Below are positions 10,201 to 18,689 of a DNA stretch of 64,000 nt, in pieces. Each line of letters begins with the position of its first letter. The stretch's first letter is position 1. The translations under genes were made by a program, and so were the position numbers. Origin of the DNA: Candidatus Latescibacterota bacterium (GTDB lineage Bacteria; Latescibacterota; UBA2968; UBA8231); NCBI GenBank assembly GCA_965217585.1, contig OZ244561.1, forward strand, positions 4,224,001-4,288,000, read 5' to 3'. The notes beneath the pieces were generated by a model. That model made no database searches, was not told where the DNA came from, and was given only the letters and a program-made list of their open reading frames with translations.

Positions 10201-10575
10201 GGCCGGACCCGTGACTATGTTGAGCGGCAGCGAGGCACCCTCTCGCTTGAGGGTCTTGACCAGTTTATCATATGCCTTCTGGTCGCCGATCCTGATGCGG
10301 AACCGCTCCATATCTTCTATGACGTTGATGTTTTTGCTAATGCGGCGCGGCGCGGCCGTGTGGGTCACGGGATCTATTGCCACTGCGTGCTCGGGCCGCC
10401 CCCACACTTCCCATTGCTCGGCCCTGTCCACCACGATTCCTTCCGCGGACATGCTGTAGCCCTGCTCGGGCGTCTGCGCCCGACTCCGATCCGTCCAACA
10501 GGCCAAAAGGCACAGCGAGAACACAGCGAGCAAGTAGACCTGCTCCAATCGGGAGGTACTTTTGCAATGAGCCAT
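7222..10575 (-). CDS. Large secreted protein (about 1117 aa) with C-terminal FlgD-Ig/CHU_C-type domain
   Basis: RBS AAGAGGAG before ATG 10575; signal peptide; discoidin-like DGDPSTYW; IRTRTG..WSPWS..SPSPRRFLQ; SPNPFTPNADGVND..IFDLSGRRV..WEGWDE..PPGLY..AVVY. Confidence 0.85.
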   Translation of the reverse strand: MAHCKSTSRLEQVYLLAVFSLCLLACWTDRSRAQTPEQGYSMSAEGIVVDRAEQWEVWGRPEHAVAIDPVTHTAAPRRISKNINVIEDMERFRIRIGDQKAYDKLVKTLKREGASLPLNIVTGPAHVAGSPILHLKADAKKGIEVGDPVIWYFYQGGIREVPYRSEMAANILDGDPSTYWEPSTEVSEEEYHALPLGEQGSIYYFAKDAAGQERRVGRNTYEQTSTSGRRIQYNSRSLEKWYVDVELGRVVPVSKIVLRFVDEEVGEPFRQFRILTTPSQKRDATLSLTARTVTPNEDRRVVEFDNLIANDPSRNYLLVHRLRIQITDSKFDKFKEISEREYIDLPLGDQGGIDYFIVNAVGKETKVDKAVFDQVPADRQSRLASYQRERPRLADIEVWSQGNNIALGIIEGGGSVDLLGPLTAAEGFDGIYDTHFRQEVWQPDPRFEDRGTLIVDLGAVFWIDQLRWVGSISSRHEYLTRVSDGSRDTNGNLKWMQIDRSEKGVTRVNYEQLLERPMRVRYLWSRSTVDFQRAAGSGILADGFREVQVFGEGYPPEVVLTSPLIELPGVFVLGKIEWEADIPDPDLVDVEIRTRTGDRLIEITEYYGSGGDSKTEADYNKLPAKFQGPMVTSRIPGGGWSPWSQKYIESGEPITSPSPRRFLQIQVKMVSRVPDMVASIRSVRVHFLPPVARRATGEIWPNEVSLGTLQDFEVYLNPTFVEREPDGQGSRRFDEILIDADPIRAIKLLDVSIGPEEDLQNDTGQNFTELGSRLVAGEQDYWFEDAGERFQVLIDPASGDTLKVFQGGIAAGDADAAGSKLLMRLPHKVGLLPQAEKSRFYNRLILEEGEEVPVDEDGRPLNQLTYLSLPSEQQGRTVYFQVVGKNPDGTFIEEEVTNFQYKSLEDSLKGEILYFRKLIGRGGEFPFDRAGQPLSQAAYNALPTDEKGSIVAAGELVRVRFKAKVILNGSTIDASIRDAGGPAIWQQVDAGDATSLREGSTMSIAVPINARVVRDVVISPNPFTPNADGVNDQMQIRFSLGNLNADREIRVEIFDLSGRRVWHKVQMGFGEQSVVWEGWDEAQKVVPPGLYLCKIAVDADAVEATHTVDYRVIAVVY

Positions 10576-10696
10576 TTCTGATATCTCCTCTTTCCAGAGT
10601 GAGTAGGCCGACTTTGCCATTTGCCATAAATAATAAAGGGCTGGGGCACAACTCAAATCGAGTTCCTCCCTCCCTCATAGGACTATGGGATTGGCA

Positions 10697-12688
10697 TCAA
10701 AAATATCCCGACATGTAATTGTACCCTCCGGGAATTTTGGTGAAATAGCTGACTGCCAGCCAGAAACCAGCGGTGACGAACTGTCCCAAGATCAACCCTA
10801 AAAAAAAGGGGCGCGTCTTCAAATACAATTGGGGACCGCCGTACTTAATCACCACCATCTTGATCAGCCATGCCAGCAAGACGCTGAAAAACACGGTGCC
10901 GAAGAGCAGGCTGACCGGAAAACCGAGCGGGTGAAAAGGCCACCACAAGAAGCGCTGGCGCGCTACCATCAGCAGCCCCATGATGGTGCCCCCAATGCCC
11001 GTGTAGATCCAGTTTTCCCAGTGCGGCCCTTCGGGAACTTGCATGCGAAAAGCGGCATTTTCAAATGGATAGCGCGAACCCACGCCAAAAAACCACCCGT
11101 CTGTATTGATGCCGCCGTATTTATACGCTATGGCCAGCATGGCCCACACCGAGCTGGCGATAGCCACTAGGATGGCTACGACCATGCCCCAGAAAATCAA
11201 ACGCCGATTCCGCCTAATCGTCTCCTCGGCCAGCTTTAGACCATTGGCGCAGGAGGCCATCACAAAGGTGAGAATGTCGCTGGCCCAGATGAATGTGAAC
11301 GCCATCGCCACAATCCCCGAAGGGCCCAACGCCCGCGTCCCAAAGCCGGCCACCACGAAGTCCGAGGCCGTCATTGGGGCAAAAATGTAAACTATCCCCC
11401 CTTCAGCTACGATGCGCGTTAGACCGATGAAGAGAATGAAGGCCAGAAAAAGATAAAAGGGCGTGATCCAGGCCGGCATCCCCGACTGCCAAATCCACAC
11501 TCCCATAAAGAGCAGACTGCCGCCCAGCACTAGGACTGCTGCCCGGTAGGAGAGTATCTCGTCGCTGTCGTCGACGGCGGAGTTTTTCTGCAGCGCTTTG
11601 CTCAAGACGGCGCGCAAATGCCCTCGGGCGGTCCACAGGCCAAAGAGGACCAAGACGATGAAGGCACCCAGCCCCTGGTGGGCGACCATGGGGCCGCCGC
11701 GGGTGTAGACACTGAGCAGCGGATCGATTTTCTGGATCCCCAGATAGGCGAAGATGCCTTGCTGGATGACATTGAGCAGATGGAAGAAGCACAGGCCGAA
11801 GAGGATATCTCGGTTGACAAAATAGGAAAAGCCCAGCATCTGGAAGCTCAGAATGAACGGGATAGTGATGGTATCGCCGAAAAGGGAAAGTTGCGTGCCC
11901 CAATAGAGGCGAGGGATGGAGGGGAAATAGGGGTTGAGCCCGTTGAGGCTCTGGAGAATGGCCGGTATGGCAAAACCCAGCCACATCAGCGGATTTTTGA
12001 AAAACGGCTTGATCAGCGAGGGCCCGGTGGCGTCGTCCTGGATCATAGCAAGGGGCACCTGGACCACGGGAAAGACGAGGCGCTCGTGCTCGACCCACTG
12101 CTTGCGCAAGATCACCATAATGGAGATCATGGCCAAGTAGAGGGCTAGGACGAAGGGAATCCAGTAGGCCAGGGGCCGCAGCCACAGCATCCAGGGAATG
12201 CCTTGGCCTTTGGGCGCTCCTTCAAAAAAATTCTGTACCTGGGCGAAGTCGTGGTGGGGAATGATCCAGTCCGGGATGAAGGGGTGCAGCAATTCGGCCC
12301 AGTTGTTCTCGGGCGTAGCGTTGTAGATCGGACTGGTGATATCCGTCAGCAGAAAGCTGGTCAGGCCCCACTCGGGGATGGCGGTGGCCACGATCCACAT
12401 GATGTAGATCAGGGCGAGTTCGGCGCGATTGAGCATCCACGAGCGGCGGATCAGGCCCAGCGCGGTATTGCCAAAGAAAACCAGAACGAAGAACAGGATG
12501 AGGGCCGCAGGGGTATTGAAATACGAAGCGATGCGGGAGCCCTGCAGCACCATATTGCAGTAGAGAACACCGGCACCGATCGCCCCGGACCCCACGGCAC
12601 CGATGAGGAGCGCGCGAAAACCGGGAGCTTCAAAGGGGATTTTAGCCAAAGCAGATTTCCTGCACTTGGAATGTTTCGACTCTGGCAA
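10697..12688 (-). CDS. DUF6785/DUF6784 polytopic membrane protein (OPT-like transporter candidate)
   Basis: Many TM segments; QWVEHERLVFP, FFKNPLMWLGF, WWPFHPLGFP, KYGG..RPFFLGLILG; paralog of 51366-53336. TTG start is uncertain. Confidence 0.8.
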   Translation of the reverse strand: MPESKHSKCRKSALAKIPFEAPGFRALLIGAVGSGAIGAGVLYCNMVLQGSRIASYFNTPAALILFFVLVFFGNTALGLIRRSWMLNRAELALIYIMWIVATAIPEWGLTSFLLTDITSPIYNATPENNWAELLHPFIPDWIIPHHDFAQVQNFFEGAPKGQGIPWMLWLRPLAYWIPFVLALYLAMISIMVILRKQWVEHERLVFPVVQVPLAMIQDDATGPSLIKPFFKNPLMWLGFAIPAILQSLNGLNPYFPSIPRLYWGTQLSLFGDTITIPFILSFQMLGFSYFVNRDILFGLCFFHLLNVIQQGIFAYLGIQKIDPLLSVYTRGGPMVAHQGLGAFIVLVLFGLWTARGHLRAVLSKALQKNSAVDDSDEILSYRAAVLVLGGSLLFMGVWIWQSGMPAWITPFYLFLAFILFIGLTRIVAEGGIVYIFAPMTASDFVVAGFGTRALGPSGIVAMAFTFIWASDILTFVMASCANGLKLAEETIRRNRRLIFWGMVVAILVAIASSVWAMLAIAYKYGGINTDGWFFGVGSRYPFENAAFRMQVPEGPHWENWIYTGIGGTIMGLLMVARQRFLWWPFHPLGFPVSLLFGTVFFSVLLAWLIKMVVIKYGGPQLYLKTRPFFLGLILGQFVTAGFWLAVSYFTKIPGGYNYMSGYF

Positions 12689-12699
12689 TTTTTATCTGC

Positions 12700-14409
12700 T
12701 CAGGGTTCCTCTGCCGAACTAGCCAGCAGGGCTTCTGGCAGGGCCTCTTTTAGACGGTCTGCATAAACCTCAGTCTGGTCCTGGTACTTCTGGTGCAGCC
12801 CGTTGAGCAACTCGTCAAAGCGCTGGCGTTCCAGGCGCTGGACCAGAGAGGCCCGCGCTCTTTTGCGGGCCTGTTCAAAGGGCTGTTGCCGTCCTTCCTC
12901 GCGCCTTAGAACCTTGAAGATGACATACCCTTCTCCAGCGAGTACAGGGCCGCGCAATTCTCCCACGGGTGCCGCCTTGAGAGCCTCCCATAGCTGGGGA
13001 TAGGCCACCTTGTAATACTTGTTCATACAGACCAAGCCATCCGTCCCCCGGCGCCTCGTAGGCAGATTTTTTGCCTTGGCCAGTTCCAATAGATGGGTGT
13101 CTTTATCGATTTCCGTCCTGAGATTTTGTCCTTCTGCCAGAGTGGGGGTCAGCAATTCATCAAAGCATATAAGTTCTGGAAGGTAGAATTTCTCGCGGTA
13201 TTCCTCGTAGAATTGCCGCACGTCCTCTTCGCTCGGCGAGATGCTGGCGCTGACTTCCCGCTGCCGCAGCTGGATCAGCATCAATTCTTCTTTTGCTGTC
13301 TCTATCCACTGTAGAACCTCCGGCTCCTCAGGGATACCGAGTCGGGCCGCCGCAACCCCAAACATGGCAGGTGTCAGCAAAAACCGGCGCGCCACCGAGG
13401 CGATGAAGGTGCTGTCCCGAAAAGCCTGCGGATTAGCGATTCTATGGGCGCGCAATACCTCGAGGTACTCGCCCAGGGCGATCTCGTTCCCCTCGTACAT
13501 GAAGAGCGGGACCTCGCTCTGCTCTGCGGTGAACGACACCCTCTCCTTTCCCTTTGCCGACTTTGCACCTTGGCGCAAAAGCGCCAATCCTTCCGGTGCC
13601 ATGCGCCAGCCGAGTTCATGGGCCAGTAATTCCACTTTCTGAGCTTCTATCTCCTGGGCCTTCTCTGCCACCAACTGCCGTGCGATCCTAGTCCGATAGA
13701 CTTCCAGATCTGCGCGGCGGTCTGCCAAGAAGCGGACCAGTTGGTAATTCTCCCCAATGGAAAGGAGAGGCGATACGACGCCCGTTTGCAGCGAGTCAAA
13801 TACAGCTACGGGTATCCCCATGCGCTCAGCCCGGGGGCGATTGACAAATCTTATCTCTCCTCCTCGCTCGGCCGACCTAGTGTCCAACGAATGGGTCCGG
13901 GCCAGTACCGCAAAACTGTCGCCTTTGTGGATCTGCTGCCGGATCCACTGACCCTCGTCTTCGGTCTCCACGACGATAGTGGCGAGAAAACGCTCCTGGG
14001 CCATTGCCCGTTCTGCAAAAAAGCGGTGGATCTCCTCCTCGGAAACCGCAATCTGCGGTCTGATTTCCCGTTTAAAAAAGATCGCGACGATATGCTCCTG
14101 CTCTTTGGCCCTGTGCGCTTTGAGCAATTCGGGATCTTTGTCCAGTCCCTGGTCGTAGGCTTCCACGAGCAGAACCTGCCGGTCAATCAGGGTTTGCAGA
14201 TAGTCCTCCCTGGCCTTCTGCCCTTCTTCGTTCGAGCGCAGTCCCGGCAGCAGATTGAGCACGAATTTGCGCACATCTCCCGCAGTGATTTGTCGCTCTC
14301 CCACTACAGCCACGACGTCTTCCCGAGGCTCCCGGCCGCAGGTGGCCAAGGCGCAGAGCAATCCTATAAAAAACAGCACGGAGGAAGGGGTTACACTGGC
14401 TCTTTTCAT
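12700..14409 (-). CDS. PpiC/SurA-PrsA-like peptidyl-prolyl isomerase lipoprotein (two rotamase-like units)
   Basis: Lipobox LATC; VAVVGERQIT; GDSFAVLARTHSLD..SAERGGEI; second unit with GELRGPV..GYVIFKV. Confidence 0.85.
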   Translation of the reverse strand: MKRASVTPSSVLFFIGLLCALATCGREPREDVVAVVGERQITAGDVRKFVLNLLPGLRSNEEGQKAREDYLQTLIDRQVLLVEAYDQGLDKDPELLKAHRAKEQEHIVAIFFKREIRPQIAVSEEEIHRFFAERAMAQERFLATIVVETEDEGQWIRQQIHKGDSFAVLARTHSLDTRSAERGGEIRFVNRPRAERMGIPVAVFDSLQTGVVSPLLSIGENYQLVRFLADRRADLEVYRTRIARQLVAEKAQEIEAQKVELLAHELGWRMAPEGLALLRQGAKSAKGKERVSFTAEQSEVPLFMYEGNEIALGEYLEVLRAHRIANPQAFRDSTFIASVARRFLLTPAMFGVAAARLGIPEEPEVLQWIETAKEELMLIQLRQREVSASISPSEEDVRQFYEEYREKFYLPELICFDELLTPTLAEGQNLRTEIDKDTHLLELAKAKNLPTRRRGTDGLVCMNKYYKVAYPQLWEALKAAPVGELRGPVLAGEGYVIFKVLRREEGRQQPFEQARKRARASLVQRLERQRFDELLNGLHQKYQDQTEVYADRLKEALPEALLASSAEEP

Positions 14410-14657
14410 TTTCTCTATTTAAGGTGGCCCAGGACAGTAAACGACAGACTTGGATGTAGGAAATGATCGGGGATTGGGGGCCGTCAGCCGGAAAATCGAA
14501 AACCCACTTGGCTTGCTGCAATATATCTGGCAAAACTACCTGATGCAAGCTCGCTTGAATTTTCGCTTTTGCCGGAACTTGTATGCATTAATAGTTCGGA
14601 CACTTTTTGCACTTTTGGCCCAATTTGGCAAAAATAATATTTTCATAAATTATCAAA

Positions 14658-14670
14658 AATAAATAAGTTG
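14658..14670 (+). promoter_or_regulatory. Possible IHF-binding site
   Basis: AATAAATAAGTTG has one mismatch to WATCAANNNNTTR and lies in an AT-rich divergent intergenic region. Confidence 0.3.
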
Positions 14671-14709
14671 TATTTATCTTGTCTATCTTTTGCTCTTCTT
14701 GTTTTTTGC

Positions 14710-14738
14710 TTGACCCAGACTGTTGAATTGAGTATTTA
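14710..14738 (+). promoter_or_regulatory. Putative sigma70-type promoter for the 14871 gene
   Basis: TTGACC-N17-TATTTA with an AT-rich upstream tract. Confidence 0.5.
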
Positions 14739-14778
14739 TACAAACACATAAATTCAAAATACTCCTGAAATCACCATA

Positions 14779-14823
14779 GCCCTGTTGTCAAACTCGAGAA
14801 AGGAGGTGGATTTAGACAAGGGC
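14779..14823 (+). promoter_or_regulatory. Leader hairpin with AAGGAGGTG exposed in its loop
   Basis: GCCC(TG)TTGTCAAA(C)TC pairs with GATTT(A)GACAAGGGC around loop GAGAAAGGAGGTG. Confidence 0.45.
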
Positions 14824-14870
14824 AAGCACCACCAGAACTGTCTCTTTATTTTCTAGCTAAGGAGGAATAT

Positions 14871-15755
14871 ATGCGAAGGGTATGGACATCGGTTGTTCTC
14901 CTGACCCTGTGCATGGCAGTTGGGGCATGGGGGCACGCGTGGAACAATTCGTTATTCTTCGCCGTTCAGTTCCCGGACGAGAATGTTCCGGTGGTGGACG
15001 GCAACCTCGCCGATTGGGCTGTGGTACCCGACGTACCCTATCTGATCGGCAGCGAGGTGCTGGCCGACTCGTATTACGCCAATAATGAACAGGGCGAAAT
15101 CGATGTCAGCGATATGGCCATCCGCTCGTTTTGGGGCTGGAACGACAACAACGACCGGCTCTACGCCATGGCCGAAGTCTTCGACGATAAACATATTACG
15201 GATCGCTCTGCCCCAGACGAGTGGTGGGCCGACGATGCGTGGGAGATCTACATCGATGTGGCCCACCTCGATATCGAAGAGCAGAGATGGGAGGACGGTA
15301 CCAGGCAGTCTTGGAACGTATCCGTCCCCATAGCCGCCGATAACCTGGGTCAGATGCTCCCGGCACATGCCTGGCGCACAGATCCAGACACCAGCCCCTA
15401 CTGGGGTTTCGGCTGGAGTTTCGAGGGCGAGGAATACGGCGAGAGCACCTACTTTTACGAGATCTGGATGCAGCCCTTCGAGTTTATCGCGGAGGACGGC
15501 AATCTAGATAATTCACCTCTCGCACCACTCGAAGTAGACCAACTCATTCACATGAGCATGGCCTTCGACGATGACGATGACGGAGGCACCGAGCGCACGA
15601 ACTTTTGGACTACTACAGATGGTGGGTGCTGTAAGGCCGATAGCGATATGATTCTAAACGAACTGGATGATAGCATTGACTGGGGCTCCCAGGAGGTCAC
15701 AGCCGTGCAGGCCGATTCTTGGGGTCGCATCAAGTCCCAGTTTATTACCCAGTAG
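14871..15755 (+). CDS. Secreted acidic CBM9/DOMON-like protein with C-terminal TAVxxxSWGRIK tail
   Basis: RBS AAGGAGGA; signal peptide ending AWG|H; PVVDGNLADW, WGWNDNNDRLY..VFDD, DDAWEIYID, TYFYEIW; ends VTAVQADSWGRIKSQFITQ. Confidence 0.75.
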   Translation: MRRVWTSVVLLTLCMAVGAWGHAWNNSLFFAVQFPDENVPVVDGNLADWAVVPDVPYLIGSEVLADSYYANNEQGEIDVSDMAIRSFWGWNDNNDRLYAMAEVFDDKHITDRSAPDEWWADDAWEIYIDVAHLDIEEQRWEDGTRQSWNVSVPIAADNLGQMLPAHAWRTDPDTSPYWGFGWSFEGEEYGESTYFYEIWMQPFEFIAEDGNLDNSPLAPLEVDQLIHMSMAFDDDDDGGTERTNFWTTTDGGCCKADSDMILNELDDSIDWGSQEVTAVQADSWGRIKSQFITQ

Positions 15756-15818
15756 CCGTAGAGTCATATCATGCGTCGCCCGTGTGGCGACTTCACTTTG
15801 CAGTTTGCTTCATTCCAC

Positions 15819-15853
15819 GGGCGGTGGGCGCTTCAATCCACCGTCCTTTTTTT
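15819..15853 (+). terminator. Intrinsic terminator after the CBM9-like gene
   Basis: GGGCGGTGG-loop-CCACCGTCC followed by T7. Confidence 0.75.
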
Positions 15854-15946
15854 ATCGTTCCACAGGAGGTCTATCCGCTTTGACCGGGGGCGTGCATTTT
15901 CTTGCACTGCGCCATTTTACCACCGCCCTCCGCGGAGGAAATACCC

Positions 15947-18679
15947 ATGAAAACGTCGTCTCATCTCTTTAAAATAGTATGCGCGTTTGCACTCTGGCTG
16001 CTAGGGCCAGAGCATCTGGCCTTGGCGCAGGACTACGGTAGCCGTCTGGGAGTTCGCCGGGGTGGAGAGGTGAGCTTCGAACCCCAGGGATCGGGCGTCC
16101 TCTTCGATGCCTTGGACCCGGCGGTGAAAAGATGGTATATCCCCCAGGAACTTTACAGCGAATACAACTGGAGACAATGGGAGTATTCCAACTACGCCCG
16201 CGATCTTTACCAGCGCTATGTAGATACTGCACTGGAAGGCGATTATTTCTACGATCTCTTCGGCAACTTTGTTACCAAAGGATGGCTGATCCTCCTCAAT
16301 GAACAGAGCCAGCCTCTGCAACAGGGCAATCGGCTGTTCAAGGACATGAGATTCAGAAACTGGTTCAGTGGGTTGGTCATTGCCTCGGACACCAAGGGCC
16401 AGTACCACTACGCTATCACCATGGGAGACGCCATTCGCACCACCCTGACGCCTATGACCTTCTCCAAACCCAGTTTTGACGGGGTCCAATTCGACCTAGC
16501 CACTGACAAATACATGATCACTTTCCTCTATTCCAGAGCCAGCAGTGCGGGGGGATCGGTGACGCCCGACGACGGCCTCAACCGGACTAACAATACCCTC
16601 TTGATGGGCGGACGCACCACCGTCCAGGTCGGCGACTTTACCACCCTGGGTTTCAATTTTGTCAATGCCCACCAGTCCAACACCCTCACGGACGGTTTCA
16701 GCGGCAATCCGCTCAGCGGAGAGTTGACCGTAGACCAGAAGGTAGAGCCGATCTCTTGGATCGAGGTTCTCCTCAGCGATGATTCGCCGGGGGACAACGA
16801 AGGAGGAGCGGCCTTCTTTCCAGCGGGCTCAGACATCACCATTACTTACCTAGACGGCACCGAGGAACGCGGCAAGGAAATCGGCTTTGAGCCGGTCGCC
16901 GAAGGGGGCTTTCCGCGCGAGGGATTTATCTCTGCAGACGGCAACGAACAGATCAAGTTGCGCTACGATTTCAACAGCGCCGATTTTCTGCTCACTGCTG
17001 CCCAAGACAAGACCCAGATCAGAAAAGTCGAATTCGACTTGGTCTTGGGCAATGATTACAAGGTACAGGTCACTTCCGACCGCCAGACGGATCGCAGTGG
17101 TGCGCCCGTATTTCTGCTGGTCACCCAAGCGAGGAACAATGTAAAAGACAATACCAATATCAAGGTGGTCTCCTTTGAATACGGTCTGCCCACGGCCACC
17201 CAGATCTATGGCTTTACGGTAGAATTCGCCGATGTGATGGGTTTTGACGTATACGGAGAATTCGACAACAGCCGGGTGTACAGGAAGTATCCCTACCCCA
17301 GCACCGACCAGGGCAACACCGATCACAGTACTTCGTCGGGTATCTCGGGCAAATCCTCGGCCAATGCTTGGATGATCAATCTGTCCAAAAAAGAGTACCC
17401 GTGGTTTTTATTCGGCGAGGCCTTCGCCATGGATCGGGATTACGCCAGCACTACCTATCTCACCGAGGGCGACGGAAAGATGGATTACACCTCCGGCTAT
17501 TTCGAAAACGGGGAGAACAGCAGCATCACCGAGCGCTTCCTGTGGGAGTTCGTAGAGGACAACGACGACCAGGACCGCATCCCCGACTGGGGCCGCAACG
17601 ACGCTCTCAGTACGGACCGGGCGGTATTTCCCGGCTGGGATGAGAACAACGACTTTGTCCCCGACTTCAACCAGAACGACAATACGCGCCGAACCAACTT
17701 GGTTCCCGACTACGAAGAGCCCTTCCTGAGGCAAAACGTCGACCGACCGGAATTCCTCTATGGCATAGACGCCAACAACAACGCTTGGATAGACCGGTTC
17801 GAGAACGACAACGAACCCGATTTCCCCTACAAGCGGGACCGCCGGGGATTCAATGTCTATGGTGGAGCCTATGTAACCCCGCGGATGCGCATTACCTTTG
17901 GTCACCTCCGCGACGAGAAAATCTCCACTGATCAGAGGAATTACGCCACCTACGGCCTGCTCAATATCGACCTAGAGCACCAGATCTGGGGACGGCTCCG
18001 GATCCTAGAGGTAGTTAAGAGTATAAAGGATGACATTGCCGATAATTTGCTCCAGTGGGACAATAGAAGCGGCATAAGAAGCGATCGCAACATCGAAGTG
18101 GTCGATCCAATGCTCGGCCGCGACACTTTTTTTAATTCGCTCTACATCGGCCACGAGTACTCGCCCCAAAAGAACCTGACCTTCAAAAACTCGCTCAAAC
18201 ACGACCTCTGGCACCAGCGCATGGACGCGGCCGAGCGCGCTACTTTCGGCCTAGAGTCTGATGAGTTCTTCTTCGGCATCATCAACAAGCTGGAGTACTT
18301 TTACGAATTGGGCCGAGTTCGCCTCATGCCGCGGTGGAAGAGCGAGTACCGTCGGTCGACCTACGATCTCTTCTCGCAACAGGATCGGGACGAATTGACG
18401 GAGATATTCGGCACCATCGTCCGGCTGCCGTTTCTGGCACGCACCACCTTGACGATGGGAATCGAGTACGTCCTCTTCAAGGATCTGGATGCAAAAATCA
18501 ATAATTTCCAGTCCTTTATTACCGCCGGCCAACTCACCAATACATCCGCCTATCAGGGTTATGAATTGAACACTCAGGTCGGCCTGAAATTCGATGCACG
18601 CGATTTTGAGGATCCCGGCGTCAAGACCAAGACCATACTCGAAGCATTCATCACGGTGTACGCGGGGCTAGGGGAATAG
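15947..18679 (+). CDS. 910-aa secreted, probable outer-membrane protein of unknown family
   Basis: RBS GGAGG; signal peptide ending ALA|Q; alternating aromatic beta-strand pattern in the C-terminal third ending AFITVYAGLGE; Asp/Asn-rich Ca-binding-like loops. Confidence 0.75.
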   Translation: MKTSSHLFKIVCAFALWLLGPEHLALAQDYGSRLGVRRGGEVSFEPQGSGVLFDALDPAVKRWYIPQELYSEYNWRQWEYSNYARDLYQRYVDTALEGDYFYDLFGNFVTKGWLILLNEQSQPLQQGNRLFKDMRFRNWFSGLVIASDTKGQYHYAITMGDAIRTTLTPMTFSKPSFDGVQFDLATDKYMITFLYSRASSAGGSVTPDDGLNRTNNTLLMGGRTTVQVGDFTTLGFNFVNAHQSNTLTDGFSGNPLSGELTVDQKVEPISWIEVLLSDDSPGDNEGGAAFFPAGSDITITYLDGTEERGKEIGFEPVAEGGFPREGFISADGNEQIKLRYDFNSADFLLTAAQDKTQIRKVEFDLVLGNDYKVQVTSDRQTDRSGAPVFLLVTQARNNVKDNTNIKVVSFEYGLPTATQIYGFTVEFADVMGFDVYGEFDNSRVYRKYPYPSTDQGNTDHSTSSGISGKSSANAWMINLSKKEYPWFLFGEAFAMDRDYASTTYLTEGDGKMDYTSGYFENGENSSITERFLWEFVEDNDDQDRIPDWGRNDALSTDRAVFPGWDENNDFVPDFNQNDNTRRTNLVPDYEEPFLRQNVDRPEFLYGIDANNNAWIDRFENDNEPDFPYKRDRRGFNVYGGAYVTPRMRITFGHLRDEKISTDQRNYATYGLLNIDLEHQIWGRLRILEVVKSIKDDIADNLLQWDNRSGIRSDRNIEVVDPMLGRDTFFNSLYIGHEYSPQKNLTFKNSLKHDLWHQRMDAAERATFGLESDEFFFGIINKLEYFYELGRVRLMPRWKSEYRRSTYDLFSQQDRDELTEIFGTIVRLPFLARTTLTMGIEYVLFKDLDAKINNFQSFITAGQLTNTSAYQGYELNTQVGLKFDARDFEDPGVKTKTILEAFITVYAGLGE

Positions 18680-18689
18680 CTCGGCTTAG

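Noticed and set aside
10576-10656. Upstream start of the 1144-aa ORF
   Set aside because: ATG 10575 has a strong RBS and is followed by a signal peptide.
14410-14700. Sigma54 promoter in the divergent spacer
   Set aside because: The candidate GG..GC pairs examined have 9-nt or shorter spacing, not the required 10.
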